Positions 36,372-50,182 of a stretch of DNA of 64,000 nucleotides are shown piece after piece (within the stretch, counting starts at the first letter, position 1; each line of letters starts with the position of its first letter). Under the pieces are notes generated by a model. That model was not told where the DNA came from. It saw nothing but the letters and a program-made list of their open reading frames with translations, and searched no databases. The stretch is from Pristiophorus japonicus (taxonomy: Eukaryota). The translations under genes and the position numbers were made by a program. The stretch spans positions 129,890,001 to 129,954,000 of the forward strand of contig NC_091980.1 in assembly GCF_044704955.1 (NCBI RefSeq), given 5' to 3'.

Positions 36372-36769
36372 GTTTAGCTCCATAAATGAGGCCTTCAGTC
36401 TGGCTCTCCTTAAACTGATTGTTCACAATACATTCTAAAGCAGTTGGTTCCAATTTACAGCACAGAAACCAGTCATTTGGACAAACTGGTCTATGCTGGT
36501 GATTAAGCTCCAAATGTCTCCTCCCACCTTGCTTTATCTAGCAACATATCCTTTTATTCCTTTTTCCCTTGTGTACTTAATTAGCTTCCCCTTCAATACA
36601 TCCATGCTATTCACCTCATTAATTTGACACCAGTGATTGATGGCTTAATGCAGTAATTCTATATTCTAACACATTGGTTCGTGTTAACCTAGACTTCTGA
36701 TTGCATTTTTTATCCCTAATTCTTTAATACTTGTTTGTTTAATCCACTGTAAAGGACTTTCCTCTTCAG

Positions 36770-36895
36770 AAACCAGAGCAGGATGAGTGGTGCAATGGTC
36801 TAGAGGTGATGCAGAGAGCTCTGCAGATGGTGAAGAATGTGAACCAGTGTCTGCTGGATCTGCACAAACTCTCTACTGGGAGCACTGACCCTCAT
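36770..36895 (+). CDS. Ferritin copy 2, exon 3 (Glu104->Val)
   Basis: ag|[42 protein letters not shown]|gtcag. Confidence 0.85.
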
Positions 36896-37227
36896 GTCAG
36901 TTCCTGATGTGGGGTTCTGGGTAAGTTCGGGGTTGTGGAACCTTGCTGTCCTTTAGCCTATTGCAATGATCTCTGCTCAATAGCTTCATGTTGGGATGTC
37001 TTTTGTGGTGGGTAGGTGGTAGGAAGGGACAGGAGGCTGGCTTACTGTGGACATTGACTAGTAAATGTGTCTCAGCAACTATTGTGCAGCAAGTTTAATC
37101 TTAATAGTGCAGTAATTCCATTGATTTTTAATCGCACCACTTAACTATCCTCCAGTTCAAGAGGATTACAATCCCAATTCTTGAGGGGTAAGTTCCAATG
37201 TTTCTTGATATCTGCTGCTGCATATAA

Positions 37228-37413
<186 letters not shown>

Positions 37414-39942
37414 ACTGACTGCCAGGAACAAGCTTCTTGTGTTCTGTACCAGTCTTTAGATAATTGTCTGTGATTCTCTCATGCACAGAAAGACTGCCTG
37501 TGACTTTGTACAGGCTGTGTGACCTTGCCTTGTGGTGAATAAACTGTTGGGTATTGGACTGGGTTTTGTAAGTGTATTTGAGTGGTTGCTTATTTTCAGA
37601 TTAATGTCTGACCATAATTACATTGGGCTGTGTAACTGCTTTATTATTCCTCTTTCCTTCTGGTGTAAGTCTGATTTGTTGAGTTGCATCGGCAGGATCT
37701 TGTGTGGAAGATCTAATTCCAAATCTGTGTATCCATTGAGAGTATATTATTTGGTGGATTTCAGTGATTGTTCCAATGCTTTAATCTAGCAACTTGTAAA
37801 ATGTCCTGAGCAACATAAGGGAATGGGACAGGTACCCAGAAGTATAGTCCCAGAGGTAAGCCCTTTTAGGAGTCAAGAGTTATGATGAGCATGCAGGAAA
37901 GTGGAGTTGTGGCCAAGATCAGATCAGCCATGATCTGACTGAATGGCAGAGCAGGTTGGAGGGGCAAAATGGCCAACTTCTGCTCCTATATCTTATGTAG
38001 GTAGGGTTTAGGGAGGAGATTCTAGAGCCATGGCCCCAGGTACAGACCAATGTCCTGGGGGAGTGTTTGCTAGTACTGTTGGGAAGGAGTTAAACTAATA
38101 TGGTAGGGGGATGGGAACTGATGCAGGGAGATAGAAAGTAGAATAGTAAAAGTAGAGGGCAGAGAAACCCAAGGTAAAAAGGGCCACGTTACAGCAAGAT
38201 TCAAAAAGGGGCAAAGTGTATTAAAAAGACAAGCCTGAAGCCTCTGTGCCTCAATGCAAGGAGTATTTGGAATAAGGTGGATGAATTAACTGCACAGATA
38301 GCAGTTAATGGATATGATGTGATTGGCATCACAGAGACATGGCTCCATGGTGACCAAGGCTGGGAACTCAACATCCAAGGCTATTCAGCATTTAGGAAGG
38401 ATAGAACAAAAGGAAAAGGAGGCGGGGTGGCATTGCTGGTTATAGAAGAAATCAATTCAATTGTAAGGAAGGACATTAACCTGGATGATGTGGAATCATT
38501 GTGGGTGGAGCTGGAGAATTCCAAAGGGCAGAAAACGCTAGTGGGCGTTGTGTATAGACCACCAAATAGTAGGAGTGAGGTTGGGGACAACATCAAACAA
38601 GAAATAAGGGATGTGTGCAATAAAGGTACAGCCGTAATCATGGGCGACCTCCATCTACATATAGATTGGGCTAACCTAACTGGTTGCAATGCGGTGGAGG
38701 AAGATTTACTGGAGTATACGCGGGATGGTTTTCTGGACCAATGTGTCGAGGAACCAACCAGGGAGCTGGCCATCCTCCACTAAGTGATGTGTAATGAGAA
38801 GGGATTAATTAGCAATCTTGTTGTGTGAGGCCCTTTGGGGAAAAGTGACCATAATATGGTAGAATTCCTTAAGATGGAGAGTGACAAAGTTAATTTGGAA
38901 ACTAGGGTCCTGAACTTAAGGAAAGGTAACTTCGATGGCATAAAGGTGTGAATTGGCTACAATAGACTGGCAGAGGATACTTAAAGGGTTGAAGATGGAT
39001 CAGCAATGGCAAACATTTAAAGATCACATGGATGAACTTCAGCAATTGTACATCTCTGTCTCGAGTAAAAATAAAACTGAGAAGGTGGCTCAACCATGGC
39101 AAACAAGGGAAATTAAGGATAGTGTTAAAACCAAGGAAGAGGCATATAAATTAGCTAGAAAAAGCAACAAACCTGAGGACTGGGAGAAATTAAGAATTCA
39201 ACAGAGGAGGACTAAGGGTTTAATTAAGAAGGGGAAAATAGAGTTCGAGAGGAAGCGTGCAGGGAACGTAAAAACTGACTGCAAAAGCTTCTATAAATAT
39301 GTGAAGAGGAAAAAGATTAGTAGAGACAAACGTAGGTCCCGTGCAGTTGGATTCAGGTGAATTTATAATGGGGAACAAAGAAATGGTAGACCAATTGAAC
39401 CAATACTTTGGTTCTGTCTTCACAAAGGAAGATACAAGTAACCTTCCGAATGTACTAGGACAGTGGGTCTAGTGAGAATGAGGAACTGAAAGATATCCTT
39501 ATCAGGCGGGAAATTGTGTTAGGGAAATTGATGGGATTAAAGGCCGATAAATCCTTGGGCCCTGATAGTCTGCATCCCAGAGTACTTAAGGAAGTGGCCC
39601 TAGAAATAGTGGATGCATTGGTGATCATTTTCCAACACTCTATTGACTCTGGATCAGTTCCTATGGACTGGAGGGTAGCTAATGTAACGCCACTTTTTAA
39701 AAAAGGAGAGAGAGAGAAAGCAGGTAATTATAGACTGGTTAGCCTGACATCAGTAGTGGGGAAAATGTTGGAATCAATCACTAAGGATGAAATAGCAGCT
39801 CATTTGGAAAGCAGTGACAGGATCGGACTGAGTCAGCATGAATTTATTAAAGGGAAATCATGCTTGACGAATCTTATGAAATTTTTTGCAAATGTAACTA
39901 CTAGATTGGACAAGGGAGAACCAGTGGATGTGGTGTATTTGG

Positions 39943-40114
39943 TTTTTAGGGGGCACTTGTAAATTATATGATTTTAATGCCCCCAAAAAAATCACAAAAG
40001 AAAAAAAAACACAAAAATAAAACTGAAAAAAAAGAGGGCAGTTATAAGTGTCTGGAGTGTCTCCCAGATCAGGGGGCACTCGATCTAATTTTATTTTGTA
40101 CCCCCCAAAAGTGT
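39943..40114 (+). mobile_element. 172-bp Tx1-like LINE 3'UTR insertion with 14-bp TSD
   Basis: TGTGGTGTATTTGG at 39929-39942 and 40115-40128. The body matches 23075-23263. Confidence 0.88.
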
Positions 40115-41137
40115 TGTGGTGTATTTGGACTTTCAAAAGGCTTTTGACAGGTCCCGCACAAGAGATTGGTGTACAAAATCAAAGCGCATGGTATTGCGGG
40201 TGATGTACTGACGTGGATAGAGAACTGGTTGGCAGACAGGAAGCAGAGAGTCGGGATAAACGGGTCCTTTTCAGAATGGCAGGCAGTTACTAGTGGGGTG
40301 CCGCAGGGCTCAGTGCTGGGATCCCAGCTCTTTACAACATACATTAACGATTTGGATGAAGGAATAGAGTGTAATATCTCCAAGTTTGCGGATGACACTA
40401 AACTGGGTGGCGGTGTGAGCTGTGAGGAGGACGCTAAGAGGCTGCAGGGTGACTTGGACAGGTTAGGTGAGTGGGCAAATACATGGCAGATGTAGTATAA
40501 TGTGGATAAATGTGAGGTTATCCATTTGGGGGGCAAAAACACGAAGGCAGAATATTATCTGAATGGCGGCAGACTAGAAAAAGGGGAGGTGCAACGAGAT
40601 CTGGGTGTCATGGTTCATCAGTCACTGAAAGTGGGCACGCAGGTACAGCAGGCGGTAAAGAAAGCAAATGATATGTTGGCCTTCATAGCTAGGGGATTTG
40701 AATATAGGAGCATGGAGGTCTTACTGCAGTTGTACAGGGCATTAGTGAGGCCTCACCTGGAATATTGTATTCAGTTTTGGTCTCCTAGTCTGAGGAAGGA
40801 CGTTCTTGCTATTGAGGGAGTGCAGCGAAGGTTCACCAAACTGATTCCAGGGATAGCTGGGCTGTCATATGAGGAGAGACTGGATCAACTGGGCCTTTAT
40901 TCACTGGCGTTTAGAAGGATGAGAGTGGATCTCATAGAAACATATAAGATTCTGACGGGACTGGACAGGTTAGATGCGGGAAGAATGTTCTCGATGTTGG
41001 GATGTCCAGAACCAGGGGACATAGTCTTAGGATAAGGGGTAGGCCATTTAGGACTGAGATGAGGAGAAAGTCCTTCACTCAGAGTTGTTGAGCTGTGGAA
41101 TTCCCTGCCGCAGAGAGTTGTTGATGTGAGTTCAATG

Positions 41138-44100
41138 AGTGCAGCAGCATAGAGTGGCATTCGTGAGTTTGGTAAGTGGGTGAGTTCGGGCAAGTGGGGG
41201 TGGCAGGTGCTGTTTTGTCTTGTTTTTCCTACCAGTGCTGACACTAGAGCCGCTGATAAGGATGCGAGAGTAGGGGACGGAGGCCCAGAGACCAGCCCAA
41301 TCAGCTGCAGACAAAGATAGAGGGGTGCGAAATCAGGGGGTGACATATCAGCCAAGCTGGTAAGTGGTTGGCTGTTCGACTGGTAATTATAACTCTCTTT
41401 TAGACTGGCTTTTAGATTGGTTTAATTGGCAGCGAACTACGAAGTAGCTGCTTGGTGTTAAATTTTAGTAAGTAAATTTTAGTAAGTAAATTAATTTCAG
41501 GGTTAAGTCATGGTAGGAGAGCTTGGACCCATGTCATGCTCCTCCTGTGCTATGTGGGAAATCAGGGACACTTCCAGTGTCCCTGATTACTATGTGTGCA
41601 GCAAGTGTGTCCAGCTGCAGCTCCTGACAGACCGCATGACGACACTGGAGCTGCGGATGGACTCACTCTGGAGCATGCGCGATGCTGAGAATGTTGTGGA
41701 TAGCACATTTAGTGAGTTGGTCACACCGCAGGTAAGGTTTAAGACAGATAGTGAATGGGTGACCAAGAGACAAGGCAAGAGCAGGAAGGTAATGCAGGAG
41801 TCCCCTGCGGTCATCACCCTCTAAAACAGATATACCGTTTTGGATACTGTTGGGGTAGATGACTTACCAAAGGAAGGCACCAGCAGCCAGGTTCATGGCA
41901 CCATGGGTGGCTCTGCTGCACAGAAGGTTGGGAAAAAGAGTGGGAGAGCTATATTGATAGCGGACTCTATTGTAAGGGGAATAGATAGGAGTATCTGCGG
42001 CCTCAACCGAGACTCAGGATGGTATGTTGCCTCCCTGGTGCAAGGGTCAAGGATGTCTCGGAGTGGCTGCAGAGCATTCTGGAGAGGGAGGGTGAACATC
42101 CAGTTGTCGTGGTACATGTAGGTACCAACGATATAGGTAAGAAGCAGGAAGAGGTCCTACAAGCTGAATTTAGGGAGATAGGAGTTAAATTAAAAAGTAG
42201 GACCTCAAAGGTAGTAATCTCTGGATTGCTACCAGTGCCACATGCTAATCAAAGTGGAGGGAGCAGGATAATTAGAATAAATATGTGGCTGGAGCAGTGG
42301 TGCAAGAGGGAAGGATTCAAATTCCTGGGACATTGGAACCAGTTTTGGGGGAAGTGGGATCTGCACAAAAAGGACGGTCTGCACTTGGGCAGGACTGGAA
42401 CTGATGTCCTAGGGCTAACATTTGTTAATGCTGTTCGAGAATGTTTAAACTAATATGGCAGGGGGATGGGAACCTATACAGCGAGACAGGGCGAAGTAAT
42501 ATGGAGTCAGAAACAGATGGTAGAAAGGTAAAAAGCAATAGTGGAAGGCCGAGTAAACAAAGGCATGAAACAAAAAGGGGTGCACTACATCATAATTCTA
42601 AAAGAACAAAGGATGCTGAAAAAACAAGCCTGAAGGCTTTGTGTCTTAATGCAAGGAGTATCCGCAATAAGGTGGATGAATTAACTGTGCAAATAGATGT
42701 CAACAGATATGACGAGATTGGGATTACAGAGACATGCCTCCATGATGATCGGGGCTGGGAACTCAACATCCAAGGGTATTCAACATTCAGGAAGGATAGA
42801 ATAAAAGGAAAAGGAGGTGGGGTAGCATTGCTGGTTAAAGAGGAGATTAATGCAATAGTTAGGAAGGACATTAGCTTGGATATGTGGAATCTATATGGGT
42901 AGAGCTGCAGAACACCAAAGGGCAAAAAACGTTAGTGGGAGTTGTGTACAGACCTCCAAACAGTAGTAGTGATGTTGGGGAGGGCATCAAACAGGAAATT
43001 AGGGGTGCATGCAATAAAGGTACAGCAGTTATCATGGGTGACTTTAATATGCATATAGATTGGGCTAACCAAACTGGAAGCAATACGGTGGAGGAGGATT
43101 TCCTGGAGTGCATAAGAGATGGTTTTCTAGACCAATATGTCAAGGAACCAACTAGCGGGGAGGCCATCTTAGACTGGGTGTTAGGTAATGAGAGAGGATT
43201 AATTAGCAATCTCATTGTGCGAGGCCCCTTGGGGAAGAGTGACCATAATATGGTGGAATTCTACATTAGGATGGAGAATGAAACAGTTAATTCAGAGACC
43301 ATGGTCCAGAACTTAAAGAAGGGTAATTTTGAAGGTATGAGGCATGAATTGGCTCGGATAGATTGGCGAATGATACTTAAGGGATTAACAGTGGATGGGC
43401 AATGGCAGACATTTAGAGACCGCATGGATGAACTACAACAATTGTACATTCCTGTCTGGTGTAAAAATAAAAAAGGGAAGGTGGCTCAACCATGGCTATC
43501 AAGGGAAATCAGGCATAATATTAAAGCCAAGGAAGTGGCATACAAATTGGCCAGAAATAGCAGCGAACCTGGGGACTGGGAGAAATTTAGAACTCAGCAG
43601 AGGAGAACAAAGGGTTTGATTAGGGCAGGGAAAATAGAATACGAGAGGAAGCTTGCAGGGAACATTAAGATGGACTTCAAAAGCTTCTATAGATATGTGA
43701 AGAGAAAAAGGTTAGCAAAGACAAACGTAGGTCCCCTGCAGTCAGAATCAGGGGAAGTCATAATGGGGAACAAAGAAATGGCAGACCAATTGAACAAGTA
43801 CTTTGGTTTGGTATTCACTAAGGAGGACACAAACAACCTCCCGGATATAAAAGAGGTCAGAGGGTCGAGTAAGAAGGAGGAACTGAGGGAAATCCTTATT
43901 AGTCGGGAAATTGTGTTGGGGAAATTAATGGGATTGAAGGCCGATAAATCCCGAGGACCTGATGGACTGCATCCCAGAGTACTTAAGGAGGTGGCCTTGG
44001 AAATTGCGGATGCATTGACAGTCATTTTCCAACATTCCATAGACTCTGGATCAGTTCCGATGGAGTGGAGGGTAGCCAATGTAACCCCACTTTTTAAAAA

Positions 44101-45530
44101 AGGAGGGAGAGAGAAAACAGGGAATTATAGACCGGTCAGCCTGACATCGGTAGTGGGTAAAATGATGGAATCAATTATTGAGGATGTCATAGCAGCGTAT
44201 TTGGAAAGAGGTGACATGATAGTTCCAAGTCAGCATGGATTTGTGAAAGGGAAATCATGCTTGACAAATCTTCTGGAATTTTTTGAGGATGTTTCCAGTA
44301 GAGTGGACAAGGGAGAATCAGTTGATGTGGTGTATTTGGACTTTCAGAAGGCTTTCGACAAGGTCCCACACAAGAGATTAATGTGCAAAGTTAAAGAACA
44401 TGGGATTGGGAGTAGTGTGCTGATGTGGACTGAGAACTGGTTGGCAGACAGGAAGCAAAATGTAGGAGTAAATGGGTACTTTTCAGAATGGCAGGCAGTG
44501 ACAAGTGGGGTACCGCAAGGTTCTGTGCTGGGGCCCCAGCTGTTTACATTGTACATTAATGATTTAGACGAGGGGATTAAATGTAGTATCTCCAAATTTG
44601 CGAATGACACTAAGTTGGGTGGCAGTGTGAGCTGCGAGGAAGATGCCATGAGAATGCAGAGTGACTTGGATAGGTTAGGTGAGTGGGCAAATGCATGGCA
44701 GATAAAGTATAATGTGGATAAATGTGAGGTTGTCCACTTTGGTGGTAAAAACAGAGAGACAGACTATTATCTGAATGGTGACAGATTAGGAAAAGGGGAG
44801 GTGCGACGAGACATGGGTGTCATGCTACATCAGTCATTGAAGGTTGGCATGCAGGTACGGCAGGCGGTTAAGAAAGCAAATGGCATGTTGGCCTTTTTGG
44901 CGAGGGGATTTGAGTACAGGGGCAGGGAGGTGTTACTATGGTTATACATGGCCTTGGTGAGGCCACACCTGGAGTATTGTGTACAGTTTTGGTCTCCTAA
45001 CTTGAGGAAGGACATTCTTGCTATTGAGGGAGTGCAGCGAAGGTTCACCAGACTGATTCCCGGGATGGCGGGACTGACATATCAAGAAAGACTGGATCAA
45101 CTGGGCTTGTATTCACTGGAGTTCAGAAGAATGAGAGGGGACCTCATAGAAACGTTTAAAATTCTGACGGGTTTAGACAGGGTAAATGCAGGAAGAATGT
45201 TCCCAATGTTGGGGAAGTCCAGAACCAGGGGTCACAGTCTAAGGATAAGGGGTAAGCCATTTAGGACCGAGATGAGGAGAAACTTCTTCACCCAGAGAGT
45301 GGTGAACCTGTGGAATTCTCGACCACAGAAAGTCGTTGAGGCCAATTCACTAAATATATTCAAAAAGGAGTTTGATGTAGTCCTACTACTCGGGGGATCA
45401 AGGGGTATGGCGAGAAAGCAGGAATGGGGTACTGAAGTTGCATGTTGAGCCATGAACTCATTGAATGGTGGTGCTGGCTCGAAGGGCCGAATGGCCTACT
45501 CCTGCACCTATTTTCTATATCTATGTTTCT
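41138..45530 (+). mobile_element. Near full-length CR1 LINE 'A' (ORF1 Zn-finger/SGNH esterase, ORF2 APE-RT)
   Basis: ORF1 from ATG 41510 in three pieces to 42453. ORF2 42441-42902 is frameshifted into the 854-aa ORF 42884-45448. The RT catalytic motif reads FANDTK rather than FADDTK. CR1 tail at ~45510-45530. Confidence 0.95.
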
Positions 45531-46027
45531 ATATTCAAGAGGGAGTTAGATATGGCCCTTACAGTTAAAGGGATCAAGGGGTATGGAGAGAAAGCAGGAA
45601 AGGGGTACTGAAGGAATGATCAGCCATGATCTTATTGAATGGCGGTGCAGGCTTGAAGGGACGAACTGCCTACTCCTGCACCTATTTTATCTGTTTCTAT
45701 GTTTCTATACAAGTAACTGCTCCCACTAGTGATGAATATTATCTTTGCCCTTTGCATCAATGGCAACAATTTAACCATCAATGCAACAACATGTCAGCTG
45801 CTGTAATGTTCAAGGCATGGAGAATTTTCCAGTCTATTTGTGGTTAACCATTTCATTCCAAATGAACACTCCCAGTTTTTATTTAAAGTAAGCTATCAAT
45901 GCTGCTCTGAGTTACTCCTGCAAGATACACTGCAGGTCGCTCACTCAACGAAACTCATTCTTGCTGCAATAGACTTTTTGTTCAGCTTGGTGGGTAAAGT
46001 AGCACAGAATGCTGGACTCCACACTCA

Positions 46028-47582
46028 GGCCCCAAGTTTCGGCCTCAGTTGCTCCTGATTTTTAGGACCAACTGGTGTAGAACGGAGTATCTTAGAAATC
46101 GGAATTCTCGGCATTTAGTTTGCTCCAGTTCTAGTCAGCTAGAACAGTTTCACTTTGGAACAGAATTTCTTTTTCAAAAGGGGCGTGTCCGGCCACTAAC
46201 GCCTGTTTTCAAAGTTACGGCAGTGAAAACTTACTCCAAACTAACTTAGAATGGAGTAAGTGAAGATTTTTGTACGCTTGAAAAAACCTTGTCTACACTT
46301 TAGAAAATCAGGCGTAGGTTACAAATCAGGCGTAGGGAACGAGGTGGGGAAGGGAAGTCATCAAATTCTACGATCAATCCTTAGTTATACTTATAAAAAT
46401 ATTTTACAAATAAATCCAACCTGAATAAAAATTTATAAGCAAAGAAAAGATTAAATAAACCATAGTTCCTACCTGTGTGAAAGTGCTTCAGGCAGGCCTT
46501 TCATGTTGAAGACAGGCAGGGGTGTGGCGCCAGTGTCTCGACGGCAGCGGCAGCAAGCAGCCTTCGAGCTGAGCTGCGGTGCTTGAGGCAGGCCTTCATT
46601 CTCTTCGTGGCTGGCCGCGAAAAAGCAACACCAGACGGACTCGAGGCCATTCGGCCATGAAATATCAGCGGCGTCAGTGGCTGGCCAGCAGCCGAAGAAT
46701 CAGCGGACCGATGTGAGGCCATTCGGCCATGAGATAGCAGCTGCGTCAGTGGCTGGCCAGCAGCCGAAGAATCAACACAGGACACTCGCAGCTCATTAAG
46801 GTTCTTGAGGCCATTCGTCCACGCTTTAGGGGTGGCGTCAGTGGCTGGCCGGCAGCCAAAGAATCAACACCTGACACACGCAGCTCTTTCTTGTGCTTGA
46901 GGCCATTCGTCCACGCTTTAGGGGTGGCGTCAGTGGCTCAACGGCAGCTGAAGATATAGCAGCAGCCTGCGAGCTGTGAGGAGGACTGAGGCCATTTGGA
47001 CAGGGAGAGGCAGCCACATCGACAGTTTTATATTTAAATTTGCAAAGTTGAATTGGCACTTTTATTTCTCCAAACACACAGTCCTTAATTTGCATGCACC
47101 AATGCAGCACCGGTTCTGCAAGTTTAACAGTGAAAAGCTGAACTCACTGATTTCAGCAGGTGATTTATTCAACAGTGCTGCTAAAAGCATTCCCTCACAC
47201 ACAGAAATATCACAAAAATTAAATTACAAGCCTTTGAAGGGGACCAAGAAATAAATCTTCACTTTTTCTCCAGTCCTTTTAAAAATGGCCGAGTGCCAAT
47301 GTTTGTTTGATACTGCGCGTGCGCGCACGCTCCAACGCGCATACACAGGGTTGCCGGCACCACGAAGGCTCATTTAAATTGAACCCGCTCCGCACTACTT
47401 CCAGAATCGGCGCGAGTGTTTGGCTCCGCCCCCCGCTGAGAAGTGCATGCCGCGCCAAGCACAGTTAGAGCTCCGAGGAGCCAGAGAATCTCGGAGTTTT
47501 TTTTAAGTGCACTTTTAGGCGCGAAGAACAGGCGTCCAGCTCCGAGGTGCGCCGTTTTCGGCGCGGGCCGAAACTTGGGGCC
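46028..47582. mobile_element. Non-autonomous PIF/Harbinger DNA transposon
   Basis: Perfect 17-bp TIRs GGCCCCAAGTTTCGGCC (46028-46044, 47566-47582) and a 3-bp TCA target duplication. No transposase ORF. Internal GC-rich tandem repeats at ~46640-46960. Confidence 0.88.
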
Positions 47583-48169
47583 TCAATGTCTGAGCTCATT
47601 GAGTGAGCGATGGTATTGGGTCCAAGGGAAGTACAATTGGGTGATTGGGAAATCCACCCTCAGCTCCATTTTTACACAAGTTAATTTTAGAAAATTAGTA
47701 CAGAACTGCAATGAGTGCACTGAAATTGCTGTCATGTCATTCCATGTATGTTCATCTCAAAGAAGTTACCTTTCACCATATATCGAACGGCAGTATCTAG
47801 TGCCCACTGGGGTGGCCATTGAGTGTGACCATGTGATGTCCATCAGTTTGCTCGAAGTCCTTTGTGACTGCAGGACATTCACGGCATCTTGGATCTTTCG
47901 ACCAATACAGGTGTAAATACGCAGGCACATGTTCGATTCAAGTGGGTCAACTGTGCTCATTGGTGGCATCTCCCCCGAAAGGGCAGTGTCTGTGGTGTGA
48001 TTGGTGGCTCCAGATCTGAATCACTGCTGCCTCCTCTGCCCCATCTAAAGCAGAGTTTTAATCCAAGGGAACACCTTTCATCAGCTAATCCAGGACTGAA
48101 TACTTCTGCACTGAAACCAGATATTTCGACTTTGGATCTCTGAGAAACACCAACATGAAAGGTCAATGA

Positions 48170-48965
48170 CCAGAGGGGAGAGACGAGGACGATTATTTTA
48201 ACGCAGCGAGTCATTGTGATCCGGAACGCGCTGCCTGAAAGGGCGGTGGAATCAGATTCAACAGTAACTTTGAAGAGGGAATTGCAGAAATACTTGAAAA
48301 GGACAAAAGTTGCAGGGCTATGGGGAAGGTGCTGAGGAGTGGGACTAATTGGATCGCTCTTTCAAAGTGCCTGCACAGGCACGATGGGTTGAATGTCCTC
48401 TTTCTGTGCTGATAGAATCTATGATGAGCCAGACAGTTAGAGCACTTCTGAGCCTCATCATTTCAATCAGATTTAAATATTCTTTTGCCTCACTGAAAGC
48501 TGACTGTAAAAGGACACGTCTAACACATCAAATTGAGGGATAGGAAAAGACCAGCTGGTCCATCAAGCCTGCCCCAAAACACGCCGAAGCAAATCATAGA
48601 ATCACAGAATGGTTACAGCACAGAGGGAGGCCATTCGGCCCATCGAACCCGTGCCGGCTCTCTGCAAGAGCACTTCAGCTAGTCCCACTCCCCCGCCCTT
48701 TCCCCGCAACCCTGCTATTAATTTTTCCTTCAGGTACTTATCCAATTCCCTTTTGAAAGCCACGATTGAGTCGACCTCCACCACCCTCTCGGGCATTGCA
48801 TTCCAGATCCCAACCACTCGCTGTGTAAACATGTCGCCTTTGGTTCTTTCGCCAGTCACTTTAAATCTGTGTCCTCTGGTTCTTGACCCTTCTGCCAATG
48901 GGAACAGTTCCTGTCTATCGACTCTGTCCAGACACCTCATGATTTTGAATCCCTCTATCAAATGG
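48170..48965. mobile_element. Two short CR1 3' fragments (+ 48170-48425; - 48595-48965)
   Basis: ORF 48602-48961 (-) reads SRTRGHRFKV..FTQRVVGIWN. Both carry CR1 3'UTRs. Confidence 0.78.
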
Positions 48966-49419
48966 AGATGTGGGTGACAATGTGTTCAGTAATGTTCACT
49001 CCCTCTCATTCTCACTCACTATATTGAATTTTACCAGGCATCATTCCATGAGAATAAAAATGACAGATCGTTGATGCCCCCATGTAGCTAATCCTCAGAC
49101 ACATGCCCATTCTCTATATTCGAATTGGGGGCAGTTCACACCATCCACAGGATGGAATTCTCATTCCACTGGCCAATGGTTGGTTTGTAAATTCACCAAG
49201 ACGACGTGATAGCTTTGAATATTGCCTCAGTGTCACAGAAACTTTCAAGTAACAAACTTCGCCAGATTATGAAAAACCCCTTCGGCGAAAGTAGAAAATT
49301 TTCATTTCAATCAATTGAGAGTGTTAAAAAATGAGACACTTTCAGATTTGAAGACGTTCAAGGAACCCAAAGTCAGTGACATAACCGAGACTGATCTCCC
49401 AAAATGTTGTGTTTCCCAA

Positions 49420-49590
49420 AGCTCTAATTGGCTCTGGATGTCCCCCAGCCCCGCCCCCAAACCCCCTCTCCTTTGTTAATTGGTGCCTGGATTCAGGGAA
49501 GGTTCCTGATTGACAATCCCTGAGAGCCAATCATCATTGGTGATGTCATACCCTGTTTGAATGCAGCTGTTCCAATAGTATAAATACAGG
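49420..49590 (+). promoter_or_regulatory. Ferritin copy 3 proximal promoter (type B): GC box, CCAAT boxes, TATA
   Basis: GCCCCGCCCC at ~49449, several ATTGG/CCAAT motifs, and TATAAA at 49579-49584, 84 nt before the ATG. Conserved at 57188-57300. Confidence 0.7.
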
Positions 49591-49667
49591 AACTTGCACA
49601 CAATAGTGTGAATTCGAGAACTCTGCAGGAGATAGTGAGAAGTAATAGTGTAATATAGATAGTGAAG

Positions 49668-49769
49668 ATGGCCTCCCAAGTGTGTCAGAACTACCACAAG
49701 GACTGTGAGGCTGCTGTCAACAAACAGATCAACATGGAGCTCTGTTCCTCCTATGTTTACCTCTCCATG
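49668..49769 (+). CDS. Ferritin heavy-B/middle-like copy 3 (intact), exon 1
   Basis: [34 protein letters not shown]|gtgag with a good Kozak context (aagATGG). Confidence 0.93.
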
Positions 49770-50182
49770 GTGAGTTGTGTATTCCTTGTTGTTGCATTCT
49801 GAAAAGTTGGAAATTCTCTAATTCCATGAACTGGCTTTAAGCTGTATTTCTCTGGACTTCCTTCCCTGGGGTGCAGAGTCTTTGGGCAGTGAGGACTTCA
49901 GGTGTGTAATACAAGGGGATCTTGTTGAGTTAATGGACTCCTCCCTGTAGCAGCTGTCCTCTTTGAGGTTTAATATCTGAAATTAGCTCAGCTGCTGCCT
50001 GAGTGTGTAACAGAAGAGCACAAACCTGGTCAGGGGCCAGTTGAAATGAAACAATGTTCAGTTTCAGTGGGGGGACTGTAGTGAGTGAAATGCGGGTAGC
50101 TCCTTACTAGTAGTCTCATTAATTGGAGATGAAGTACTGAGAATCCTAGTGTTGGAGCCTTGCTCACTGTGTTGAGATCTCT

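Larger units (their letters stand above)
38041..45707 (+). mobile_element. CR1 LINE 'B', degenerate, split into 38041-39942, 40115-41137 and 45531-45707
   Basis: APE 38277-38783 and RT pieces 39516-41035. The 3' end gttcaatg|atattcaagagggagttag resumes after element A. Confidence 0.88.

Noticed and set aside
42884-45448. 854-aa ORF as a host gene or an active retrotransposon
   Set aside because: It is CR1 ORF2. It has a frameshift in the endonuclease, FADD changed to FAND, a frameshifted C-terminus and a broken ORF1.
49596-49612. Hairpin CACAC-AATA-GTGTG in the copy 3 leader as a variant IRE
   Set aside because: There is no CAGUGN loop or bulged C, and it is not conserved in the copy 4 leader.
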